Below, piece after piece: positions 20,217-31,637 of a stretch of DNA of 64,000 bases. Both the position numbers and the translations under genes were made by a program. The DNA is taken from contig CAVQNT010000002.1 in assembly GCA_963714275.1 (NCBI GenBank), forward strand, positions 416,001-480,000, read 5' to 3'. Each line of letters starts with the position of its first letter. Within the stretch, counting starts at the first letter, position 1. The stretch comes from Candidatus Bathyarchaeota archaeon. GTDB lineage: Archaea > Thermoproteota > Bathyarchaeia > Bathyarchaeales > DTEX01. The notes under the pieces are model-generated. The model was not told the origin of the DNA. It was given only the letters and a program-made list of their open reading frames with translations, and searched no databases.

Positions 20217-22082
20217 CTACGGGAACCCTCCGAAGGACATTCTTGGAATTGCACGTGTAGTTTCTGCCTTCTCTACCTCTGGTTCCTTAAACTGCATTTC
20301 GTACAGGTGACGATATATGCCCTTTTTCTTCATGAGCTGCTTGTGGTTTCCTTCCTCGACGATTCTTCCGTTGTCGATGACAAAGATTCGGTCAGCGTTC
20401 CTCACGGTTGAAAGCCTGTGCGCAATAATTATGGACGTTCGATCCTTCAGTAATACCTTCATCGCCTTCCGAATCAAAAGGTCCGTGTAAGGGTCGATGC
20501 TTGAGGTTGCTTCGTCCAAAATCATAATTGCTGGATTCCTCAGCAAAGCACGAGCAAACGAAATAAGCTGTTTTTGTCCAACCGAAAGTCCTGCTCCCCT
20601 TTCACCTATTTCCGTGTTGTAGCCGTTAGTCGTCTTGGAGACGAATTCGTGAGCCCCCACAGTTTTCGCAGCGTTCATAACCTCTTCGTCTGAGGCTTCT
20701 AGGTGGCCGTATCTTATGTTCTCCATTATTGTGCCTGTGAAAAGAAACGATTCCTGAAGAACGATGCCCATCTGTTTTCGCAGTGATTCCTGAGTAATCT
20801 GTTTGACATCTTGCCCGTCAATCGTCACCGACCCGGACCGTGTCTCGTAAAACCTGCTGATAAGTTTGATGATGGTGCTTTTTCCGGCGCCAGTCGACCC
20901 AACGAGCGCAACTGTTTCTTTGGGTCTAATGCGGAAACTGACGTTGTGCAGGACTGGGTGATCCTGAACGTAAGCGAAGGTCACATCCTTAAACTCGATC
21001 TCGCCTTTTATCGCTGGTATCTGAGTTGCGTTTTCGGTGTCCTTTATTTCAGGCTGTCTGTCAATGAGGTTGAAAATTCTTTCTGCAGCTGCCAGTGCAG
21101 ATTGGATAGCGTTATAAAAGTTAGTCAGGTCAAATATTGGACCGAAGAACCTGCCAACATACAGTGTGAACGTTATTAAGGTTCCAATAGCGGTTGCAGA
21201 GGTTCCCAGAGAACCACTGAAAGCCAATATCCCTCCGTAAAGGATGACTATGCTGGTGCCTATCGCTTGGATGAGTTGCACAGTCGGGAAGAAGGCTCCC
21301 CAAACTATGTTTGCCTGAAGGTTAGCTTGAAATTCCTGCTGGTTTACTTTCGTGAAATCTTTTATTGTTTCAGCCTCTCTCGTGAAGGACTTAATCTCTC
21401 TTATGCCTGAAATTCCCTCTTGGAGCTTGGATGTTACTCCCGATATTGTCTGTCTTGTCACTCGGTAGGTGCTTCTGAATCTAGAGCTAAAAGCAAGCGC
21501 CGCCCCAATCAAAAGCGGGACAACAAGCATCGAAACAAGGGTCAGTTGAATGTTTATTGTAAACATGACAACTATCGTCAACGCCAAGCTCAGAACATCG
21601 CTCAACACCATAACGACGCCTGAGGTGAAGGCTTGTCCAATGCTGTCGGTGTCGTTCGTCACTATGGATATGGTGTCTCCGCTGTCTGCTCTATCAAAGA
21701 AACTGAATGACAATTCTTGAAGATGAGCGAACAAGTCTGAACGTAATTTGAAAAGCATGCTTTCGCCAATCTTGCCAATCGAAAAAGTTCGGACGGAATC
21801 TGAAGCCCAACTAACCAGCAAGACCAAGATGTAAGCCAAAACCATCAGCTGTAACCCAGAATAATCAGACGTCAGAATAAAGCGTCCAATGATTTCAAGA
21901 CCAAGCAAGTATGGACCGATGACGCCAGCAACAGCAGAGACAACTGTCGTCAAAATGACGATCAATAAAAGTTTCCTGTAAGGCAAGAGGTATTTAATTA
22001 ATCTTGAAAGCAAAACTTTCGTTGAAGTTTTCCTTTCCGTCGGTCCGTCTTCAAACCCGTGCCAATGAGGATGGAAACCCAT
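20217..22082 (-). CDS. ABC exporter, fused TMD-NBD (MdlB-like)
   Basis: GSTGAGKST, LSVGQKQ, DEATSSID, IAHRLST. Confidence 0.95.
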   Translation of the reverse strand: MGFHPHWHGFEDGPTERKTSTKVLLSRLIKYLLPYRKLLLIVILTTVVSAVAGVIGPYLLGLEIIGRFILTSDYSGLQLMVLAYILVLLVSWASDSVRTFSIGKIGESMLFKLRSDLFAHLQELSFSFFDRADSGDTISIVTNDTDSIGQAFTSGVVMVLSDVLSLALTIVVMFTINIQLTLVSMLVVPLLIGAALAFSSRFRSTYRVTRQTISGVTSKLQEGISGIREIKSFTREAETIKDFTKVNQQEFQANLQANIVWGAFFPTVQLIQAIGTSIVILYGGILAFSGSLGTSATAIGTLITFTLYVGRFFGPIFDLTNFYNAIQSALAAAERIFNLIDRQPEIKDTENATQIPAIKGEIEFKDVTFAYVQDHPVLHNVSFRIRPKETVALVGSTGAGKSTIIKLISRFYETRSGSVTIDGQDVKQITQESLRKQMGIVLQESFLFTGTIMENIRYGHLEASDEEVMNAAKTVGAHEFVSKTTNGYNTEIGERGAGLSVGQKQLISFARALLRNPAIMILDEATSSIDPYTDLLIRKAMKVLLKDRTSIIIAHRLSTVRNADRIFVIDNGRIVEEGNHKQLMKKKGIYRHLYEMQFKEPEVEKAETTRAIPRMSFGGFP

Positions 22083-23870
22083 CTAAGATGCCTCCTTTTT
22101 TTCGTTTCGGGAGTTTGACCGCGTTGTTTTTGGTTCAAGCGCTTCTTTCTGTGCCTCATACAATGTTTCGTAAATTCTGTAATAGGCTCCCTTCTTAGCT
22201 ATGAGCGACGTGTGGTCTCCTTCTTCAACGATTTTCCCATCATCCAACACAACGATTTTGTCCGCGTTTCTGATCGTGGACAACCGCTGCGTGACAACGA
22301 AGGTCGTTCGGTTCTTTAACAAAGCGCTTAACGCCTGCTGAATCTCGAACTCAGTGTCCACATCAACGCTCGAGGTTGAATCGTCCAAAATCAGTATCCG
22401 CGGATTCATAAGCAACGCCCGAGCTATGGCGACCCTTTGTTGTTGCCCGCCTGACAAGGTTACACCTCTTTCTCCGATTATTGTGTCGTATCCGTTTGGA
22501 AGCTGAGTTATGAATTCGTGGGCTTTACTATCTTGGCGACCACTTCGATGTCTTCCATCGTGGCATTCGGCATACCATAAGCAATGTTTTGCTTAACAGT
22601 CATGTTGAACAGGAAAGTTTCCTGAGATACTATGCCCATTTGTTTTCTAAGGCTTTCAGCTTTAACGTCTCTAACATCGAATCCGTCGACAAGTATCCTG
22701 CCTGAAGTCACGTCGTAAAATCTTGGAAGCAATCTGATGATGGTGCTCTTGCCTGACCCAGTGGGTCCTAAGAGCGCTATTGTTTCTCCGGGTTTTGCCT
22801 CGATGACTATGTTTTTCAGAATAGGTTTGTCTTTGTCATAACCAAACGAAACGTCCTCAAAAACTACTTGACCTTTGATTGCAGGTAAAGTTATTGCGTC
22901 AGGTTTATCACGGACTTCGGGAACGGCGTCAATTATTTCGAACACTCTCTCAGCTGCTGCTGCCATGGTTTGGTAGCTAGAAATTATCATCCCCAACATC
23001 CCGATTGGCCTAATCAACATTGAAATGTAAATACTGAAAACGAACAATTGGTCAATCGTAAAGCGATTTCCAATTATCTGAATCCCACCTAACCAGAAAA
23101 TCACGACTGTAACTAACCCAAAAAATAGTCCCTGTAGAGGTTGAAAAATCGCTTGGAGTTTTACAGACTGCAGCATCATGCTGAAGTAGTCGGTGTTCGG
23201 CTTTCGGAACTTCTGTTTTTCATAATCCTCTCTCGCGAAAGAACGCACCACCCTGATTCCCGTCATGTTTTCCCAAAGAACAGAAGTCAACACGCCAAAA
23301 TGTTCTCTCGCAGTGTGCATAACTGGTCTAATCTTTTTCCCAAACCAAATGTTGACGAAAAAAAGAACGGGAACAGTGGAGAATGCTAATAATGAAAGAT
23401 CCATATTTATGATAACCATTGACGTTATGACGGCTCCGAGCAGAAAAAGGGAGTCGATAAGCATTCGAAGTCTGAAATCCCACAAAACCCCTTATCCTCT
23501 CAACGTCTGTTGTTGCTCTGGACATGAGCTGACCAGTCTTCATCTTGTCGAAGAAGCCGAACGACTGTCTCTGAATTGACCTAAAAACGTCATTACGAAC
23601 GTCAAAAACAACTTTTTGAGTAAAATAGCCATAAGCACTGGAGCGGATAAGCGAAAATAGGCATAAACCACCTGTTAGGACCAGTATCTGAATCACAAGT
23701 CCCTTGAGCATCTCAAAATCGCCAATACTCAGAATGTCTTTAACAGCTTGCCCAGACAATGTCGGGATGTAAATGTTGATGAACGTTGTCACAATCGTTA
23801 TGGCTGTGCTCAACGCAAACCAGTGAATGTTTCTAAGGATGTATTTTGACATTTCCTTTAGCAAAGACAC
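22083..23870 (-). CDS. ABC exporter, fused TMD-NBD (MdlA-like), two frameshifts
   Basis: Pieces 23328..23870, 22508..23485, 22083..22457; [31 protein letters not shown] (degenerate half of a heterodimer). Confidence 0.92.
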
Positions 23871-23884
23871 CCTAAATGTCCTCC

Positions 23885-24508
23885 TTAAACTCCGTCTTTC
23901 TCTGTCTTCAGCTCAATGAAGATCCTATTCAGCAATTTTGTGAATTCAGGACTTTCATGCAGACGGATATTCATCAAAAGTTGCAACAGAAGCCTTTGAG
24001 ACGGACGGCTTGCTTGAATGGGCATCTTCTGTTCAGAGATCAATCCTTCAAAAGTAACGCTTTCCAAGTTAGCATACTTCTCTATGAGCTTGAGGAGTCT
24101 TTCCTCTTTTTCCTTGGAGACAGCGTAACCAAAAACTTCTAGGCTCTTTACTACACTAAGGCAAATCTCCTTTGACCATTTGGCGATGTCTTCAGACCCG
24201 GGAACAAGTCCTTCACTTAAAGTATAGGAAATGATGAAATCCTTCGCTGTTGCTTGATAAAATTTTTCAATCAGATTGCCCTTAACAGCAGTTCTGTTCT
24301 GTTCGACCAAGCCAGCTTGTTCTAAGGCATTAAGATGGTATGAGATTGATGAGACATTTTTATCAAGCGCCTTCGCCAGCTGACATGCCGTCATCTCTCT
24401 GAATCTTAGATTGTGCAGTATGTCCCTTCGAACCGGGTCAGCGAACAGCTTCGCAACGTCGGGGTCTTTGATTATTGTGAAGTCTTTCATGGCACCATTT
24501 CCCGCCAA
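23885..24508 (-). CDS. ArsR-family winged-helix regulator (probable start 24490)
   Basis: IKDPDVAKLFADPVRRDIL, ISYHLNALE.AGLV; heads the ABC operon. Confidence 0.88.
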   Translation of the reverse strand: MAGNGAMKDFTIIKDPDVAKLFADPVRRDILHNLRFREMTACQLAKALDKNVSSISYHLNALEQAGLVEQNRTAVKGNLIEKFYQATAKDFIISYTLSEGLVPGSEDIAKWSKEICLSVVKSLEVFGYAVSKEKEERLLKLIEKYANLESVTFEGLISEQKMPIQASRPSQRLLLQLLMNIRLHESPEFTKLLNRIFIELKTEKDGV

Positions 24509-24660
24509 CTAATGAATTAGAGCGGTACATAAAAATGTCACGGTAGAATTTTATATAAAAATTTTTAAGAATTCTGAGGTATACCATTCTTTCCGTGAAA
24601 TCCAGGTCTGAAAAAAGGTAAATAATATGAAAGATAATTAATAATATAAGTTTCAAGGGG

Positions 24661-26122
24661 TTGAAAGTGTTGACTGGGAAAAATTTTAAACTAATCTCAA
24701 CTGCCACAATTTTCTTGACTTTATTGGCGTCATTTTGTGTCCCCCAGATTCCCTCTGTTGCATCCGTCGACGAGTACACTTACTACGGTGCCATTCCATC
24801 AAAAATCTACCAATATGTAGATGTTGACACGTCAAATCTTTCCCGTGGGTATGGGCTTGATGCTCTAACAGTAAGAACAAGAGTCTTGATTGCCATCACT
24901 GCGACAAAAAACGATACGCATGTGCGTGTTTACAGCTTAAACAATGGCAGACTTAGTCTCCGAGGTCAATTTGGATGCCATGCAGAAGCATTTTGTGTTT
25001 TTTCCTAACGCGTCCATATTCAAAGTGGTAACAGACAAATATGCTTCTGTCATGCTTCTTAGTTACCAAGAAATACCTGTTCCAGGTCCAGACGCGTTAG
25101 GTCCAGTGCCGACCACCTTTCACGCTGGCACAGACGGCGCGTACGTTGGAAAAGAATTCATTTTTATGGCTTCGTGGAATGCACGGTCTAATTCGTGGCA
25201 ATCCTACAGAATATTCGCTTTAGAAAAAGCGGATGTCACAGTAACCAGAGAAGATAGTATCCGGGAAGACTACTCGCTTGAGATCAATTCGTTCAAGGAC
25301 CTTTCGTTATCAACCTTTATGTCCTACAGGATTGAGTCAACAGGCAACATCATGATTGAATCGAAGGGCAGACAAGCCCGAGGCGATCCGCGACGTTACT
25401 ATTTCGTGCCCTCTGCTGAGGGAGGGTTCGTGGGCAAAGTCTTCTACGCAGCCTCGACAACAGACTGGGACGCTGAAGAGGACTACGGATTCCGAGTTTC
25501 CGCCGCGCAAGACATTACGGTAACAATTTGGAACCTGCAGACCAAGGAAAAACTCATGGAATTTGCTGTTAAGGGAGGAGAGGGAGTAGGCGTCATGCCG
25601 AAGGCGGATGCAATTCTGGTGCAAAGCATCGAGCCGGTCACGCTGGCGTACGTTCATAATGGCAGTTTATTGAGAACAATTTATCCGGGACGTGCCTATG
25701 GCTCAGGAATCGCATATATCGGAGTAAAGCCGAACGAGGAAACAGTGTTTTTTCTCCCCACAAACTCCACTTGCGAGGCTTATGTCTTCGCTGATGAACG
25801 GGCAGCGGTCACTTTGGATGATGCTCCAGTCACGATTGAAGCTGGCTCATACCACTTAATTACGACTGCAGGAACGCACAGAATCATGTCTGACACGAAC
25901 GTTGTTGTCGAAGTGATCCATTGGCCACTGAATCCTCCGTATCAAGGTCTCAATTTCGAGGGAGTGGAGATACCATGTGTTCAAACTGTCGGTGTAGTGC
26001 CAGATGTGACTTTGACTCCCTTAGGTGAAGCCTTACCTTTCACCTACATAGTTATTGCAGGAGCTGCTGGCGTTGCTGCCGCGATTATAGGATTATTTTT
26101 ATTGAAACATCGCAGAAAGTAA
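24661..26122 (+). CDS. Secreted, C-terminally membrane-anchored beta-rich surface protein (frameshift near 24950)
   Basis: Signal-peptide-like N-terminus; C-terminal TM followed by KHRRK; ORFs 24661..25008 and 24944..26122. Confidence 0.7.
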
Positions 26123-26306
26123 TCACGTAAAAGTCTCGTTACGAGGTTCACATCATAAAAAAGGTATTCGGTGGACTAAATTGCACAAAAACGTTTCTTT
26201 TGTTGATGAGAGGGAGGAAAAAGGGAAGGCTTTTTGTTCGTAGTTTATTATATTATCGGGATGATTTATTACAATCGTTGATTTATTGCACAAAAGGCTT
26301 CGGAAC

Positions 26307-26651
26307 ATGGACAACGAAACAAAAAAAATTGCACTTGACCGAGTAAAGATTCTTTTTCAACTAGCCCATGCGAACATGCACGATAGACCCGACCTTGCCC
26401 AAAGATACGTTGACATAGCCAGAAAAATTTCCATGAGGACGAGGCTTCATCTCCCCCCAGAATACCGTACCCAAATCTGTAAGCACTGCAAAAAGTTTAT
26501 TTTACCCGGTACTAACTCTCGAGTTCGTATCCAAACCCGAAAAGAACCTCACGTCGTAGTAACTTGTCTCTGTTGTGGAGGAAAAATGAGAATTCCGATA
26601 AAAGGAAAGAAGCAAGATGAACAAACGATTTGCCGCCAAAATGAGTCATAA
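26307..26651 (+). CDS. rnp4: RNase P protein component 4 (Rpp21)
   Basis: IA.DRV.ILF, AQRYV.IA..I, CKHC...PG...CL.CG. Confidence 0.93.
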   Translation: MDNETKKIALDRVKILFQLAHANMHDRPDLAQRYVDIARKISMRTRLHLPPEYRTQICKHCKKFILPGTNSRVRIQTRKEPHVVVTCLCCGGKMRIPIKGKKQDEQTICRQNES

Positions 26652-26937
26652 CAAACAAAGCTCCGAGAAGCCTGTCGTAATAATCGGAAAAAAGGGTCCG
26701 ACAGACCTTTCGATAAACGAAATTTTAAAGAACCTTAACCGAAGAAAGGTTGTGAAGGTCAAGATTCTCAAGTCAGCCCTCTCGGACACCAGCACAAGCG
26801 ACATAGCTCACAAGATTTCGGACGCAACAGGCGCCAGAATAGTGGAGATACGCGGGCACACTTTCACGCTTTATTTGCCGAAGAAAAACCGAAAAGGTAT
26901 TTATAATACGCCTTTAAAATACTCAGAGGAACATTAG
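26617..26937 (+). CDS. YhbY/CRM RNA-binding protein
   Basis: P.V.IGKKG, VKVKIL, RGHT..LY. Confidence 0.88.
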   Translation: MNKRFAAKMSHNKQSSEKPVVIIGKKGPTDLSINEILKNLNRRKVVKVKILKSALSDTSTSDIAHKISDATGARIVEIRGHTFTLYLPKKNRKGIYNTPLKYSEEH

Positions 26938-26954
26938 AACAGGAAAGGAAAGAA

Positions 26955-27410
26955 ATGCCGACACCTTACGATGTTCCATCCTCTTCGCTGATTGCGAAGC
27001 TCGCCCAACACTTAAAGAACAACGTGGACAGCGTTAAGCCTCCAAGCTGGGCGCCATTCACGAAAACCGGGGCACACGTGCAAAGGGTCCCTGACAATCC
27101 AGACTGGTGGTTTGTCCGGAGCGCTTCGCTTCTAAGAAAAGTTTACTTGAAAGGACCGATAGGGTTGGAGCATCTCAAGTCCGATTATGGCGGTAGGAAA
27201 GACCGCGGTTCCAGACCTGAACATACGAGGAAAGGCAGCGGAGCGATTGTTCGGAATGCTCTGAAGCAGCTTGAGGAAGCAGGGCTTGTTTCGACAATGA
27301 AGGCAAAAGGACGAGTCGTTACTCCTGAAGGTAGAAAGATGCTTGACTTGCTTTCCACCGAAATAAAAAAGGAAATGGAGAAAGCGAATCCTGAACTGAA
27401 AAAGTATTGA
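26955..27410 (+). CDS. rps19e: 30S ribosomal protein S19e
   Basis: WW.VRSASLLRK, YGG, GSGAI.RNALKQLE. Confidence 0.97.
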   Translation: MPTPYDVPSSSLIAKLAQHLKNNVDSVKPPSWAPFTKTGAHVQRVPDNPDWWFVRSASLLRKVYLKGPIGLEHLKSDYGGRKDRGSRPEHTRKGSGAIVRNALKQLEEAGLVSTMKAKGRVVTPEGRKMLDLLSTEIKKEMEKANPELKKY

Positions 27411-27424
27411 GTCGGAGACCGTTT

Positions 27425-27758
27425 ATGAGCGAAGATGATGAGCTTGAGGAGCTGCGTAGACGCAGAGCCTTGGAACTTCAAAAAAATTTGGCTCAGGACC
27501 AGCAGCAATCTGACGCTGAAAAAAGGCTTGAGGCTCAGAAACAGGTTTTAATGCGTAGGATTTTGACTCAGGAAGCTCAGGCAGAGACTCACAAACCTTA
27601 AGATGGTTAAGCCTGAGTTTGCCTCGCAGCTTGAGCTCCAGTTGATTCAGATCGCTCAGCAGGGAAAAATTGGGCTACCAATTGACGACGAACAACTCAA
27701 AGAAATCCTTCAGAAGCTCCAAAGTGACCGAAAGGAAATAAAAATCAGGAGAGTTTGA
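27425..27758 (+). CDS. PDCD5-like DNA-binding protein (frameshift near 27580)
   Basis: [33 protein letters not shown]. Confidence 0.9.
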
Positions 27759-27760
27759 AC

Positions 27761-27916
27761 TTGGCAAGATACAAACCTACAGCGAAGAAGCGGAGACTGA
27801 TAAAGGCTGGAAAAGAAAGCAAACCCGTCCCATCATGGGTTGTGGTAAAAACCAAAGGGAAGGTTAAGTTTAACCCAAGGAGAAGGCACTGGCGTCGAAC
27901 CAGACTGAAAGCGTGA
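27761..27916 (+). CDS. rpl39e: 50S ribosomal protein L39e
   Basis: Read by hand: [13 protein letters not shown]...VPSWV...[11 protein letters not shown]. Confidence 0.93.
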   Translation: MARYKPTAKKRRLIKAGKESKPVPSWVVVKTKGKVKFNPRRRHWRRTRLKA

Positions 27917-27921
27917 GGTGA

Positions 27922-28387
27922 ATGTCATTGAATGCTCAAGAAAGCGAAGTTGTATTGAAAGAAGAAACTGTTGACGAAGAAAACATCGAAAAAACAACTG
28001 AAGTTGCTGTTGAAGAAGAGAAAGCCGAAGAGGTTACTGAAGAGGTCGTTAAGGAAAAAGAGCAAGCTGAAAGAGGAGAAGCCATCTCTAAAGAAGAAAG
28101 AGAAAAAAGAAAAGGAAGAAGAGGATATAGTTGAGGAACGCATCTACACGGTTCCGCTTAGCAAAGCGTGGATTTCGCCGCGGACAAGGCATTCCCCAAG
28201 AGCCATAAGGATTCTTAAAAGCTTCGTCATGAAGCACATGAAAATTGACGATGACTCAATAAAGATCACGAATGAGGTTAATGAGAAAATCTGGGCCAGG
28301 GGCATTCAGAAACCGCCCAGAAAAATTAAGGTTCGCGTTACGAAGGATTCTGAAGGCATCGTGACTGTTCATCTTGCAGGAGACTGA
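27922..28387 (+). CDS. rpl31e: 50S ribosomal protein L31e with acidic N-terminal extension (frameshift near 28060)
   Basis: ERIYTVPL, RA, NEKIWARGIQKPPRKI.V. Confidence 0.92.
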
Positions 28388-28389
28388 GC

Positions 28390-29061
28390 TTGCCCATTTA
28401 CCTTTTTGACACCTTCGGCAGTCCATGCATAGGCATCTTTATGCGTGTTACAGAGGAGTTTTTGATTGTGCCAAACCAGATTCCTGAAATCAAGGTGAAG
28501 AAGCTGGAAGACTGGTTCAAAATTAGGATTGCCAAGGTAAACATTGGCGGTTCGGTTCTACTCGGTCCCTTGATTTGTGCTAACTCGAACGGGCTTATTC
28601 TTCCCAAGTATGTTTTGGATGAGGAAGTTGAGTCTCTGAAGACTTTAGGAGACATAAACATAACAATTGCCCAAACGAAAAAAACTGCTTACGGAAACCT
28701 CGTATTAACCAATGATCATGGCGCAATCGCTGATCCGCGGTTGAGAAAAGAAGAGTTGAACATGGTCTCAGACACGCTGGGGGTCGAAGTCGTACAGGGA
28801 CAGGTCGCAGAGTTGCCTTACGTTGGTTCATTGAATACTGTGACGAATAAAGGGGTCATGACTCATCCGTTGATTAAGCCCGAGGAAGAAGCATTGTTGG
28901 AGGAAGTACTCAAGGTTCCAGTTGAAGCTGGCACGATTAACTGCGGTATACCTTATATAGCCACTGGGCTTATAGGAAACAGCAAAGTTGCGGTTGCTGG
29001 TTCTGGAACCACGGGACCGGAGCTTTTCATGATTGGTCAAGCTTTAGGTGTGGCTGATTAA
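28390..29061 (+). CDS. eif6: Translation initiation factor aIF-6
   Basis: NSNG, GN.VLTND.GA, GTINCG.P, TTGPEL. Confidence 0.95.
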   Translation: MPIYLFDTFGSPCIGIFMRVTEEFLIVPNQIPEIKVKKLEDWFKIRIAKVNIGGSVLLGPLICANSNGLILPKYVLDEEVESLKTLGDINITIAQTKKTAYGNLVLTNDHGAIADPRLRKEELNMVSDTLGVEVVQGQVAELPYVGSLNTVTNKGVMTHPLIKPEEEALLEEVLKVPVEAGTINCGIPYIATGLIGNSKVAVAGSGTTGPELFMIGQALGVAD

Positions 29062-29062
29062 G

Positions 29063-29266
29063 ATGAGTGAAGTGAAGACATTCAGAGTGTCTGGAAGAAT
29101 TACGAAGCCAAACTTTAGAACCAACTTCAGCAAAGAGCTCAGAGCCATGAAGCCTGAGGACGCTGTTGAAGAAGTCTACAAAACCTTGGGAAGCAAACAC
29201 AGGGTTAAACGCTTCTACATCAAGGTCGAAAAGGTCGAGGAAGTCAGTTCCGAGGAGCCAACATAA
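29063..29266 (+). CDS. rpl18a: 50S ribosomal protein L18Ae/LX
   Basis: F.KELRA.K.EDA.E..Y..LGSKHRVKR. Confidence 0.92.
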   Translation: MSEVKTFRVSGRITKPNFRTNFSKELRAMKPEDAVEEVYKTLGSKHRVKRFYIKVEKVEEVSSEEPT

Positions 29267-29268
29267 GA

Positions 29269-29738
29269 ATGAGTATCAGAGAACAGGCGAAAGACGCCGA
29301 ACCGCTGTCTTCAGACGAAGAAATGAGGAAGCTCGCTGTTGAACTAAGACTCTTAGAAAGCACAGACTGAATCATTGCAGTCAAGAATAAACTTCCTGAA
29401 CGCCGCTTGGGCTGAATTAAGTCTTTCCAAGAATACTCTAGAGGGATTAGAAAAGGAAAAGACTAACGCTCCCCTTTTTGTCCCAATAGGCGGCGGATCT
29501 TACGTTAAAGCAAAGCTGGGCGCAGTCGACAACGTGGTTTATGGCGTCGGTGCAGGCGTAGTCTATCGAAAAGACGTTGAAGGAAGCAAAGCAAGGCGTG
29601 GAAAACCGTCTGTCCGACCTTGAGAAGGCTAGGCTGTCCATGGAGCAGCAGCTTTCGCAGGTTCTAAACAGAATTCAGGAGGACCAAGACAGGTTCCAGG
29701 AGCTCTCAGCTGACCTTAGAAAGCGCGAGAGAAGCTAG
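29269..29738 (+). CDS. pfdA: Prefoldin alpha subunit (two frameshifts)
   Basis: FVPIGGGSYVKA, V.GVGAGV; conserved position before ftsY. Confidence 0.9.
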
Positions 29739-29739
29739 A

Positions 29740-30651
29740 ATGTTCGAGAAGCTCAAGAAAAGCGTCAGTGGACTGGTTAACAAGATTTCGGAGACTGAGC
29801 TTAAACCCGAAAGCCTTCGTTCTATACTGTGGGATTTTAAGTTAAACCTCGTCGAGAACGATGTCGCCATGGTTGTTGCTGACCACATCTGCGAAGAAAT
29901 AGAGAAAAGGCTCACTGGACTGAAAGTGAACAGGCTTGGTGACAAGAAAAACGTTGTGAAGGAAACGTTGCAGGCTGTTTTACGCGAGACTCTTGAGCCA
30001 CAGCAACAAGCTGACCTTTTGCAGGTCCTTGAAAACAAACGCAAGTCGAAGGAGCCATGCGCCATAGTCTTTGTCGGCATAAACGGCACGGGAAAGACGA
30101 CGACAATCGCCAAGGTTGCCCAGCTTCTTCAGAAAAAAAAGTACTCGGTGGTTCTGGCAGGCGCTGACACCTTCAGGGCAGGCGCCATTGAGCAGCTAGA
30201 AATCCACGCGAAACGTTTGGGAATCCACCTCATCAAACACCAGTATGGAGCAGACGCAGCCGCTGTTGCCTTTGACGCTGTCCAGTATGCTAAGGCTCAC
30301 GGCGTGAACGCGGTCCTGATTGACACTGCGGGGAGGATGCAGACCAACAAGAACCTTCTCGCCGAGATGGAGAAAATTATTCGCGTTGTTAAGCCGGACT
30401 TGGTCTTGTTTGTGGGGGATGCTTTGGCTGGGAACGACGCGGTTTCTCAAGCTGAAGAGTTCAACAAGTCGGTGCGGATTGACGGTTCAGTCTTGACCAA
30501 GATTGACGCTGACGCGAAGGGCGGCGCAGCGGTGTCCATAACGTACGTGACGAAGAAGCCAATACTTTACGTTGGAACCGGGCAAACGTATGATGACTTG
30601 GAACCCTTTAAACCAGAAGCCATTGTTGACCGCATTTTAGCCACATCCTAG
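29740..30651 (+). CDS. ftsY: SRP receptor FtsY
   Basis: GINGTGKTTTIAK, DTFRAGA, DTAGR, TKIDADAKGG. Confidence 0.97.
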   Translation: MFEKLKKSVSGLVNKISETELKPESLRSILWDFKLNLVENDVAMVVADHICEEIEKRLTGLKVNRLGDKKNVVKETLQAVLRETLEPQQQADLLQVLENKRKSKEPCAIVFVGINGTGKTTTIAKVAQLLQKKKYSVVLAGADTFRAGAIEQLEIHAKRLGIHLIKHQYGADAAAVAFDAVQYAKAHGVNAVLIDTAGRMQTNKNLLAEMEKIIRVVKPDLVLFVGDALAGNDAVSQAEEFNKSVRIDGSVLTKIDADAKGGAAVSITYVTKKPILYVGTGQTYDDLEPFKPEAIVDRILATS

Positions 30652-30781
30652 AAACAAAGTCGGAGCTTACACTTTTCTTTTCGATTACTAATTCTTCTTA
30701 AATCGGGAAGTATGTTTTTTACATTAGGTTTAAGAATTAAACTTCATAATTCAATACTGCAATTCATGGAAAACTGGTCAG

Positions 30782-31222
30782 GTGTGTCTCATGTGTCCGG
30801 AGCTGACTTTAAGTGACGAGATCGTTCGGCTTGTGGAGCATCGCATGAAAAGTACTCTTGATGGTATAGAAGAAACGCTTGAACGAATATTTGCCAGCCA
30901 TGAGATAAGCTGGGACGAACTGAAGGAAGCCGTGCATGAGCTTGAGGAAAGCTTCAGCATGCTTTCGGAGAAGTGGAACCTTCAAATACTTTTCATACTA
31001 TTCCTCAGAACACGGCGGGTTTTAGCAACCTAAAAAAAGTTCTCAACGTAAACTCGCGCACGCTTTCTGACAAACTAAAAAGCCTACAAGAAAGCAGGCT
31101 ATATCAAAAGAACAATAGACGAAGGACCACCACTGAGGGTCAAATACTCGCTTACGGCGCAGGGACGAAACGTAATCCTGCTTGCGCTACCCTTATTATA
31201 TTATAACAAAACCCATCAATGA
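30782..31222 (+). CDS. HxlR-family transcriptional regulator (frameshifted)
   Basis: KWNLQIL, FSNLKK, SRTLSDKLK, GPPLRVKYSLT spread over three frames. Confidence 0.82.
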
Positions 31223-31637
31223 GCATGTCACAGGTCATGTATAAAAAACTAAAATTATAAAATGATAAAGGTCACGCATTAAAAACGAATAAATTCAAGT
31301 AGACTACGGTTTGTTTCACAGAAAGGAAAAACTTCGCACTTCACCGAAAAGACGGGGGTTGCGCCCCAAAACAACAGAACAGGTGCGCCGCAAAATAGAA
31401 CAGGTCTTCACAGACGACGGTTATTATTATGCAAACGGAAAATTCTAATGCCACACAAAACAGATAGCCTTCAGAAAATAGCGTTGGTCGTTCAAACAGC
31501 AAAACCTGATGATGAACAAAACAGAGCCCCTATTTTTTCTGTGAGCTTTTCAAGAAGACATAAATAAGCTGAGACTTCCCATTTCAATGTGTCCAACAAA
31601 ACATTAAGTCACAGCAATGGCGAGGAGCCACAAAAAA

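Noticed and set aside
31223-31616. Possible small gene or ncRNA in the gap before the AIR-synthase gene (short repeat AGAACAGGT x2)
   Set aside because: No convincing ORF, known ribosomal protein or stable fold identified
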